Assembly: GCA_964542195.1 (NCBI GenBank)
Contig: CAZITL010000006.1
Coordinates: 9,327 to 73,326, forward strand
From: an uncultured Verrucomicrobiales bacterium
GTDB taxonomy: Bacteria > Pseudomonadota > Alphaproteobacteria > Paracaedibacterales > Paracaedibacteraceae
Length of the DNA stretch: 64,000 nucleotides
Reading direction: 5' to 3'
How positions within the stretch are numbered: the stretch's first letter is position 1; each line of letters begins with the position of its first letter. The notes beneath the pieces are model-generated. The model did no database searches. It saw only the letters and a program-made list of their open reading frames with translations, and was not told where the DNA came from. Positions 28,040 to 37,000 of the stretch are shown here, one piece after another. The position numbers and the translations under genes were made by a program.

Positions 28040-29293
28040 TTATTCGGTTAATATACGAAGCCTGATATAAATGATCCTTAAGTGTTCTCGGAATTTGGGA
28101 TAAGTATTATAAAACCAGAAGGAGCCAACTAAACAGGTAATCCCACCTGCCAGTAAGGTATAGGATACACCAATATAGCTCGCAAGCATCCCACTTAAAA
28201 GGCTTCCAAAAGGCATCATGCCCATAAAGGCCATGGTATAAAAGCTCATGACTCTACCACGTTTATCCTCATCTACAATCGTTTGCAATATCGTATTTGT
28301 GGCTCCCATTTGAATCATCATCGCTAGTCCAATAATATATATGAGGATAAGCGATAACCATAGGAAATGGGATAAAGAAAATCCGATGAGCGCCAGACCG
28401 AATAGGAGAGAAGCTCTCTGAATTAAGCGGCCTAGTCCTAAAATCGTGTTGCGACTAGCTAAATACAAAGCGGCTGTTAAAGCCCCAAAGCCAGACGAGG
28501 CGGTCAGATATCCCAAAGCGTACGGTCCGCCCCCTAATTGTTCTATAACCATGTACGGCAGTAGCACCAAATAAGGCATTCCCATAAGACTGACAAGGGC
28601 AAGAAGGATAATAACAGATCGTATGGGATGAGATTGAATAGTGTATACGTATCCTTCCGTCAAATCTTGCAAAATATGATTAGGAGACTTTGCCTTAAAA
28701 GACTCTTTTTCTGGAATTTTAATTAATATTAGTGAGCCAATTACGGCTAAATAACTCAAGGTATCAATCAGGAAACATCCCCCTTCACCAAAGTAGGTAA
28801 TTAAAATTCCAGCTAAGGCTGGCCCTAGCAATCGAGCTATATTCACCAGGGTGGAATTGAGTGCAATCACATTAGGTAAATCCTGACGATCATGAATCAT
28901 GTCAAATAGGAATGCTTGTCGACACGGGGTATCAAAAGCTGTTATTAACCCTTGAAAAGCACTAAGCAGGATCAGTAAAGTAATGGATAACTGATTCTGG
29001 AAAGTAAAGTAGGTTAGGAGGGCTGACTGGGTCATAGCGAGAACTTGGGTTGTGATTAATAGGCGATGACGATTTAATCGATCGACGTATACACCAGCTG
29101 GAGCAGCAAGAATGAAGGTTAAAATTTGGCCGGAAAAGCTAACAAGGCCCAGAATAAAAGCTGATTCACTGAGTTTGTAAACCAACCAACTGATGGCGAC
29201 CCGTGTAACCCATGACCCTGTTAAAGAAATGGCTTGGCCCATAAAATAAAGCCGGTAATTGCGACTTTTAAGGGTGCGTTCAATCGTGACCAT
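28040..29293 (-). CDS. MFS transporter (EntS/MFS_3-like exporter)
   Basis: NYRLYFMGQAISLTGSWVTRVAISWLVY. 12 predicted hydrophobic helices. Confidence 0.85.
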   Translation of the reverse strand: MVTIERTLKSRNYRLYFMGQAISLTGSWVTRVAISWLVYKLSESAFILGLVSFSGQILTFILAAPAGVYVDRLNRHRLLITTQVLAMTQSALLTYFTFQNQLSITLLILLSAFQGLITAFDTPCRQAFLFDMIHDRQDLPNVIALNSTLVNIARLLGPALAGILITYFGEGGCFLIDTLSYLAVIGSLILIKIPEKESFKAKSPNHILQDLTEGYVYTIQSHPIRSVIILLALVSLMGMPYLVLLPYMVIEQLGGGPYALGYLTASSGFGALTAALYLASRNTILGLGRLIQRASLLFGLALIGFSLSHFLWLSLILIYIIGLAMMIQMGATNTILQTIVDEDKRGRVMSFYTMAFMGMMPFGSLLSGMLASYIGVSYTLLAGGITCLVGSFWFYNTYPKFREHLRIIYIRLRILTE

Positions 29294-29444
29294 AGACCTT
29301 TTTCCTTCCTTCCCCAGAAATTATGGTAACGCAGGAACCTTAGGATCTGGTTAATTCAGCCAACACAATTCTTAAAAAATATTAAGGATATATTCATTCC
29401 TCTTACTCTATATTTTCCCAGTAGGATAAATAGATGTTTTTGCC

Positions 29445-31376
29445 ATGAAGAATAAGCTTTTCATTTTTTTAGGACTATTTTTAGGCCTTGGAAGCCAACT
29501 AATAGCCATGGAAAAATCTGTGAGTGAAAATGAAACGATACAGCAAATCATAAAAAACATTGAATCGGACATTCAGAGTTATGAGAGAAAGCCCGTTCTT
29601 CATTTACGTACAGAGATTTACATGCGTATCAATGCTCTCTTGTTGGAGCATAATCTTGAGGAAGAATATCTAAATAAACTTTTAACATTAGCCCAAAAAA
29701 TTAAGGCACCAAAGTTAGCGTCACGTATTGAGTGGATGATGCAAACACATTATGATGACCAATCCTCTATACCCAAAGAGATTATTGATGAAATCATCAA
29801 GATCGTTATTAACGAAGGATCAATGGAAAACTTAAAAGATTTAAGACAGGTGAATAAGCGCCTATATTTACTCCTATCAAACGCACCAGTTTCTCTAGAC
29901 CTTCGTTCTTATGGTCATAGACTAACAGATTCAGTGCTGATTAAGATTTTACAGATCTTCCCAGGCGTAACGACTATAAAAATATCTAAGAGTGCTCTAA
30001 GTCAAAGGGTATTCTTTCATTTGTCAAAATTGACTCGCCTTAAAGAGCTCGATTTATCCAGCTATGAAAATTTGAATGAGGAAGCGATGGGGTATATTGC
30101 TCAGATCCCTAATCTTAGCAAACTTAACTTGTCAAACTGTAGGTTGGAAAATGATCACATAAAACCTTTAAGAATGATAGCGAATCTGCGTTCTTTGAAT
30201 ATACAAAACAACACGAACATCAACGATAATGCTCTGTTTTACCTAAAGGGTCTTTCAAATCTTGAAGAGCTTGATTTGAGTAGCACGAAAATTACTGATG
30301 TAGGATTAGTCCATTTAGGAGAGTTGAAAAAACTTAAGATTCTCAAATTATTCCGTGTGAAGGTAACTGATGCAGGTATGAAAAACATAAAAAAGTTACT
30401 AAGCATTGAATCTCTAAATTTAATGCTGACTGATGTAACCCATCTAGGGATAAAAAAAATATCCACACTACCTCATCTTAAGCATATCGAGTTATTAGGT
30501 TCAAACATTACAGATGATTGTCTTGCTGTCCTTTCTCAAATGACAAATCTGACTTTTTTGACAGTTAAGGGAGATACAATTTCAGATCTTGGTCTTGCTC
30601 ACCTGGCTAAATTGATCAACTTAGTTTCCCTTGAACTACAAGGTGGGGCTATTACAAATGATGGCTTAAGCTTTCTATCATCACTGACTAACCTTAAAAA
30701 TCTTAACTTGTCTCAGAATGAAATTGGCAATGGCGGTTTAATTCATATTCAGTCATTAGCAAATATGCGTAAGCTAAATTTGAGTAAAACAAAAATAGAT
30801 GGTGACGGTTTGGTCTATCTTACAGGACTACAAAACCTTGTAGATCTAGATGTATCTCAGACAAATATTAGTAATAAGGGTTTGATGATTTTATCCACCC
30901 TTACTTTTCTAAATAATCTTAATTTATCTAAAGCAGGTATTACCGATGATGGATTAATTTATCTGACAAAACTAAAGGGTCTCAAGCGATTGGACCTATC
31001 AAGAAATATAATGAAAGATACAGAATTAACCAATCTTGTAAATTTGCCTTATCTTACTTATCTCAACTTATCTGATACAAACCTAACGGATGAGGGTATG
31101 ACCATCGTTGCTAATATGAAGTCCCTTGAGGAACTTATTTTGCGTGATCTTGATATCAGTGATGAAGGACTGGCCAAATTATCTATGGTAGGAAATCTTC
31201 ATCATCTTGATGTGACAAATAATTTAAAAATAACTCCAGCTGGGTTATCTTCTTTAGCAGGCCTTAAAAATTTACGACACTTAATTGTTTGGGGCACTGG
31301 TATTACCTTTGATTCCATAAGTGATGCCAAAAGGAAACTCCAGGATAATATACCTGGGCTTAGAATTGATGGTTGA
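29445..31376 (+). CDS. Large leucine-rich-repeat protein with signal-like leader and F-box-like region
   Basis: Leader MKNKLFIFLGLFLGLGSQLIA. F-box-like IPKEIIDEIIKIVINEGSMENLKDLRQVNKRLYLLL. More than a dozen tandem 24-25-aa LRRs of the L..L.L..T.ITD.GL..L type follow. Confidence 0.85.
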   Translation: MKNKLFIFLGLFLGLGSQLIAMEKSVSENETIQQIIKNIESDIQSYERKPVLHLRTEIYMRINALLLEHNLEEEYLNKLLTLAQKIKAPKLASRIEWMMQTHYDDQSSIPKEIIDEIIKIVINEGSMENLKDLRQVNKRLYLLLSNAPVSLDLRSYGHRLTDSVLIKILQIFPGVTTIKISKSALSQRVFFHLSKLTRLKELDLSSYENLNEEAMGYIAQIPNLSKLNLSNCRLENDHIKPLRMIANLRSLNIQNNTNINDNALFYLKGLSNLEELDLSSTKITDVGLVHLGELKKLKILKLFRVKVTDAGMKNIKKLLSIESLNLMLTDVTHLGIKKISTLPHLKHIELLGSNITDDCLAVLSQMTNLTFLTVKGDTISDLGLAHLAKLINLVSLELQGGAITNDGLSFLSSLTNLKNLNLSQNEIGNGGLIHIQSLANMRKLNLSKTKIDGDGLVYLTGLQNLVDLDVSQTNISNKGLMILSTLTFLNNLNLSKAGITDDGLIYLTKLKGLKRLDLSRNIMKDTELTNLVNLPYLTYLNLSDTNLTDEGMTIVANMKSLEELILRDLDISDEGLAKLSMVGNLHHLDVTNNLKITPAGLSSLAGLKNLRHLIVWGTGITFDSISDAKRKLQDNIPGLRIDG

Positions 31377-31401
31377 TGAGGAAGAGCGCGTTAAATCAAC
31401 C

Positions 31402-31908
31402 TTAGGTTTGTGGGCTTACCCTTCTCTCATCAAAGGTATTAATGAGTATGCTCTCCTCAGATTCATCCTCAATGGGCTCAAACTGACGTTTGAATTCCTG
31501 CAAGGCATGTTCATCAATAATAAAAGCATCCGGTGGCATCGCTGATGTGCGTGCTAAGACGCGTTTAATCCTCTCCTTTTCTGGACATTGAAGATTGTAT
31601 AACTTGACCTCAACCCCCATATCTAGGCCAAGTTTTCTGTAATAATCTCTTTCAATTTTCCTCCAGAACCCAAAATCAAGGATGACGTCATGACCTAACT
31701 CAAGGAATTTCTTGGCATCCCTCCAGATGAGCTGTTTTATTTTATCTAGATACATTTCAAAATATGCTTTCGGTGGATTTGTCCCAAATAAAGTAATCAT
31801 CCATTCATCACAAGTGAAACGGATCTTGGAATCATCAGCTTCTAACTTTTTAGCGAAAGTTGTTTTCCCTACGCCTACAAATCCGTGAATTAAATGAAGC
31901 GTGGTCAT
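31402..31908 (-). CDS. P-loop NTPase / small kinase-like protein (AAA_33-type)
   Basis: Walker A HGFVGVGKTTFAKKL. 168 aa. Starts 3 nt after the pbpC stop. Confidence 0.6.
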   Translation of the reverse strand: MTTLHLIHGFVGVGKTTFAKKLEADDSKIRFTCDEWMITLFGTNPPKAYFEMYLDKIKQLIWRDAKKFLELGHDVILDFGFWRKIERDYYRKLGLDMGVEVKLYNLQCPEKERIKRVLARTSAMPPDAFIIDEHALQEFKRQFEPIEDESEESILINTFDERRVSPQT

Positions 31909-31911
31909 TTT

Positions 31912-34092
31912 TTACCCCTGAACCATAAAGGTAATTTCTTCACTTTCAGTTTGGGTTTGATCCTCCCCCAAATACAATACCTTAAGGTGATGTTTCCCCT
32001 TTTCAAGACTCCAGAGAAATCTTGGATCCCTTGTTTGGGCAATCTCTTTACCATCTAGGATCCATCGGTACATCCCTTGGTGATTTGGCCTATTGGCTTC
32101 GAAAGCAAATTTTTGGAGTTCTCTTGGTATACGGGGATCAATGGCCATACGTAAATGGTGAGTCGGTTTCAGAATTTTAATGTCCTGAAGCGTGCTCTCA
32201 TTAATTTCTGGCCGATTGGGGATAAAATATTCCGTTCGCCAAGCACAGTGTTGCTCCTCCTTGGTGGGAATGCAAACATCCCGTTGAATGAGTTCCGGAC
32301 TCATATAGAGGCTTTGGGGAGAATCGTTGAGATTAAGACGTGAAAATATGCTGCGTAAAATTAAACTGGGGCCAGTGGAACCAGTGATCCCATCCATGAC
32401 ACGATTATCTAAATTCCCCATCCAGATTCCAACCACATATTTATGGTTGTAACCTACAATCCATGCATCTCGATAGTCGGTGGAGGTTCCGGTTTTAATG
32501 GCTGTTTGATGGTTAAAATTCATAACACTATTGACCCCAAATTCTAGACGGCGAGCCCAGGGATCAGAAAGGATATGGCCAATAAGGGAGGCAACTTCTT
32601 TAGAGAATATTTGTTTGCCCGGTCCTTTTTGATAATCATTCAAGGTAAAATGAAGGGGTTTAGGTTGCCCCTTGTTAGCCAAGCAAACAAAACCTTGTGT
32701 TAATTCCAGCAAGGTGACTTCCCCATTGCCAAGGGCTAGACCTCCATCATAGACATCGGCAGTATTTTCTAAACTTTTAAAGCCTAAGCGGTGAAGAAGA
32801 TTTAGATATTCTTTGACACCGACGTACTTGATAGTGCGGACGGCTGGAATATTTAAGGAATTGGCTAAGGCTTCCCTAAGAGTAATACGCCCGTAGTAAA
32901 TATTGCTGTAATTTTTAAAATGATGTAGACCTGTCCCTACACCTTCATAGAGAGGGGAATCATCAATCATTGTGGTGGTTGCCCAGCCTTTTTCCAGGGC
33001 GGCTGCGTAGAGAAAAGGCTTAAGGACTGAGCCTGGCTGGCGTTTAACTGTAACAGCATCAATTGCCTTACCAGGGATATCATGTCTAGAGCTCGCTCCT
33101 CCTACAACCCAGGCTAGGACCTCGCCGGTTTGGTGGTTGACAATAAGTACAGCGCCATTATGAACACGGCTCTTTTTTAAGGAGCGCAGGCGACCATCTA
33201 AAATATGTTGTACATCACGCTGTAGGCTTGCATCTATGGTGGTTTTAAGAGGTATGGGTCGCTGATGGGCATACAATTTTTCTGGATGATGGTTTTTTAA
33301 AAAGCTGACAAAATGAGAAGCGTTAACCGGTAATTGGGTAGAGTATAATTTTAAGGGAGAATCAAGACCCTTGATATCATCTGGCCCAAGTAAGCCCTTT
33401 TGCTGTAGTTTTTGCCCTAAATTCTTGATTTTGAGGTCAATTTTAAGCGGGTCTTTGAAAAGATCATAGCTGGAGGGCGCTTTAACCATAATGACCAAGG
33501 CCAACATTTCTTTGATGGATAAGGTGGATAAATCTCGATCGAAGTAGAGCTTTGCCCCTTGAACTACCCCACGGCGATGGGAAGCGTAAGGAATTTGATT
33601 TAAATAAAATTCGTAAATTTGTGATTTACTTGTTTTTGCTTCCAACACATAGGCTTCAATCATCTCTAACCATTTAGACCATAAAGTTCTTGGTCTGGGA
33701 CAAAGCATATGAATGACTTGCTCAGTAATGGTGCTGGCTCCACGGACAACTTTTCTTGCCTTGATATTTTGCCCTATAGCAGATAATTTGGCTCGCCAGT
33801 CTATTCCTCTATGTTTAAAGAAATTTTGATCTTCTGAAAGAACAAAGGCCTCTTTTAAAAGAGCAGGAATTTCATAAAGAGGGACATTATCGTAAGTATT
33901 CCAGTGATATTGATAACTGACAGAAAGCGTTTCCCCAAAACGATCTTGGATACGGATATTTTCACGATTTGTTAAAGCCTGTTCGAAAAGATCATAGACA
34001 GGTTGAATGTCCATCCAGGTTTTAAAACTTACAAGAGCAAAAAGAGCTAAGACCAGGCCTAAGCTCCCATTAATGATCTTCTTGCTTAACAT
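31912..34092 (-). CDS. pbpC: Penicillin-binding protein 1C (bifunctional glycosyltransferase/transpeptidase)
   Basis: GT51 motifs EDQNFFKHRGID and RGASTITEQ. Transpeptidase motifs SVLK (SxxK), SLN and KTGTS. Has a C-terminal PBP1C-type extension. The start overlaps the alpha-2-macroglobulin stop (TAATG). Confidence 0.9.
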   Translation of the reverse strand: MLSKKIINGSLGLVLALFALVSFKTWMDIQPVYDLFEQALTNRENIRIQDRFGETLSVSYQYHWNTYDNVPLYEIPALLKEAFVLSEDQNFFKHRGIDWRAKLSAIGQNIKARKVVRGASTITEQVIHMLCPRPRTLWSKWLEMIEAYVLEAKTSKSQIYEFYLNQIPYASHRRGVVQGAKLYFDRDLSTLSIKEMLALVIMVKAPSSYDLFKDPLKIDLKIKNLGQKLQQKGLLGPDDIKGLDSPLKLYSTQLPVNASHFVSFLKNHHPEKLYAHQRPIPLKTTIDASLQRDVQHILDGRLRSLKKSRVHNGAVLIVNHQTGEVLAWVVGGASSRHDIPGKAIDAVTVKRQPGSVLKPFLYAAALEKGWATTTMIDDSPLYEGVGTGLHHFKNYSNIYYGRITLREALANSLNIPAVRTIKYVGVKEYLNLLHRLGFKSLENTADVYDGGLALGNGEVTLLELTQGFVCLANKGQPKPLHFTLNDYQKGPGKQIFSKEVASLIGHILSDPWARRLEFGVNSVMNFNHQTAIKTGTSTDYRDAWIVGYNHKYVVGIWMGNLDNRVMDGITGSTGPSLILRSIFSRLNLNDSPQSLYMSPELIQRDVCIPTKEEQHCAWRTEYFIPNRPEINESTLQDIKILKPTHHLRMAIDPRIPRELQKFAFEANRPNHQGMYRWILDGKEIAQTRDPRFLWSLEKGKHHLKVLYLGEDQTQTESEEITFMVQG

Positions 34093-37000
34093 TATTGTGT
34101 AGGGGGTATGTTAAGCTTACTCCCCTCTCCTCGCGCATATATATCTGGATTATACATTTCCTCAGCAAAGGCTGGAGGTGCTGTGAACTCACCGTCAGCT
34201 ACCACTTGAGCTGTATAACTTAAGTGATAATTGCCACGTGGGAGGAAATCTGAATAATAACGAACAACATCATGACGCATTTCTTCAAAGTAAAAACTAT
34301 ACCGAGTCGAAAAATACTCTACCCAGTCTTTAATTTGATGATAATATGATCCTTCCCCAGGTTTGGGGTTGACGTTAGACAAAGTCGCAGATGTTGCTAA
34401 GTTTTGATTCACTGGCTCCAACCCGCCGGGTACAGGGTCATTAAGAACCACAAAGTTGCGGTTAGCTGGAATCATTAAATACAGATCCACGCGTACCACA
34501 TCCCCTCTTTTAAGAGCTTGACCTTCTTTTAAAAGAACCCACTGATCATTGCTCAGAACGCTGTAATCGCGCTTAATCTCCATGCCCGTGTTGATTGGTT
34601 TAGAGCCTTGAGTCTTAGATGCATATCTAATAAGGTTGGTGAAATATAAAATTCCGGAACCTTCCTTGCGAACGGTAAGGTTTTTGGTCACTCCAGGCTC
34701 TTGATCACTAAATTTTTTGGAGATCGTGATTGGTTGATCTCTTATGTCTTTTACTTCAGCTTGACCAATTTTCTCGTCAGCCCACAGAACAGTAGTCGAT
34801 AAGTTGGGTTTAGAGTGTTCATAAGTTTTACTGTAAGTGTTCAGGGCTCGAGCACAGAAAAGATTATCTTGGGTGTTAGACCAATGTAATTTGCCTTTCC
34901 GAGATTCAATAATTGAGCGAACTAACTTTTCAGGCTTATCATGGATGAGCTGTTTGGCTTTATCTGAAGTTGCAGCATAATGACTTAAGGTGTCTAATAC
35001 AGCACAACTATCCCGCAAAGGAGTAGAAAGAATCCGAGTCCATGTTTCAGGTAACTCAGGTGCAAGCGAGAGTTTGCCTGATGATTCATTAAAGTGAGAG
35101 AGAATATCTTTCACAAGATCTTCAACCATCTCTGATCCTCCTGGAGTGCGCAAAGCCGCATTAACAAAGGAGGCTTTTCCAAACAGAGACATATTTGACC
35201 ATTGAGACTTCAAACGGTTTAGGTCTTCTAAGGTAACTTTTTGTCGATAAGACAAAGCATCGAGAATGATAGCACGGATGGTGGACATCAATTCATTAGT
35301 ATATTCCGTAATGCCAAAGTCATATCGCAACAGATGATCTAAGTACTGATCCAGTTTTTCTATGGAAGATTCATTACCGACATGGCCACTTTCCTTCAAC
35401 CAATTTAATGCCAGAGCGGTAAAGGCACTCAAGTAAGGATCAGTAAATTTATCATCAGCAATAAAATAGCCCATGCCTCCATTGCCTGCTTGGAATTGGG
35501 GCAAATCTGCAATAACCTCACTGGGAAGATTTTTGCTTTCAGACCATTGGAATTCTTCTGGAAGATAGTCTTTTAGGTGCTGATAGTAAACAGCCATGAC
35601 TGCCTTGGATAACTTTTGCTCCCAGCAGGAGTAAGGGTAAGTTTTCATGTAATCAAAGGCACCCTTAATATTACTGATTAAGCTTGGCGACAAGGTGATT
35701 TGTAATCCCCCAACATCCGTATGAATATCGTTGGGAATAGCCACAGGTAACACAGTCTCGCCTTGGGTTAATGAACCACTGACAGCCATAGAATCCATCA
35801 CGCGTATTTTCTTAACCGGAATCACCTGCTCGGTTACATCCTTGTCTTGATCATCTCCAGCGGTTACATGGAAGATGATTTTTCCTTCCTCCTCGTGCGC
35901 AATAGGAACAGTCTTAATAGGCATGGAAATTATGGACCTTTTATAAGGTTCTAAAGTAATGGTTTCGTCATGCATTAAGGGTTTATCTGTGCCAACACCG
36001 CTTCCCTGCGCTTCCATATGAACTTTAAGCGTTCTAGAGTGATCTGTTCGATTCATGACACTAAATCTAGCGGTAAATTGATCTCCCTCATTCACCAGGT
36101 TAGGCATTACAGGACGAATTTCAGTGGGCCGATTAACTTTAAATTCTGTTTCTCCTAAACCCAATCGGTCTGTTGGAGTTGCACCCAGAACCAATACTTT
36201 CCAACCGGTCAAATTGTCTGGTGCATCAAACTCCATACTGGCTTTTCCCTCATCATCGGTTATGATTGAGGGATTCCAATAACTGACAAATTTGAAAATA
36301 TTACGCATATTCAACCCGGCTCCGCCATCTCCACCTGGGTTGGCTCCCTTTTTTTCAAATTTTTGTCGTCCAACCAGGTTGACAAGTAAACTATAGTTGG
36401 CCAAATCCAGCTGCTCATGCTTATAAAGGCCTGGATAGGGATCATAATAATCGCGGCCGCCTAAAATCATATCATATACGGCTTCATCCAGAACCACGAC
36501 AGCAAGTTCCAAGGGTTCTTTACGAGGATTAGGGTTCTTGACTTTAGCCTCGAGGCTAACGCGTACTTTCTCTCTTGGTTTATAAACTTCCTTTTCTACT
36601 TGAGCTTTTATATCGATTTTTTTATACGCATCCGTGACGTTAAGAGCCGTATACCCAATTCGACAAATGGGTTTACCCATGTCCAATTGGCCAACTTTTA
36701 GCGGACTGTGATCGGAGCGTGGGGTCATCATAACCACGGACACATAAAAGTTTGGCAAATAATCTTCCTTAACGGGAAATTCAATAACGGGCGTGTTATG
36801 ATCTAATTCTTGAACAAAACTGTCAATCACGCCAAAGCGCTCAATGGTGATCCAAGCTTTAGCCTTTGGAATAGGATTTTTAACGAGAATACGGACCTTT
36901 TCTCCCACTTGGTAGTCCTTTTTCTCAGGGATAAGAGGTAAATAGTTATCGGTTTCCTCTCCCCATAACACAAACTCCTCGCCGGTTACATACACTTGAA

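Noticed and set aside
29445-31376. Regular ~72-75-bp periodicity at the DNA level that could suggest a repeat array or CRISPR.
   Set aside because: The periodicity is in-frame and encodes leucine-rich repeats. There are no conserved direct repeats with unique spacers.
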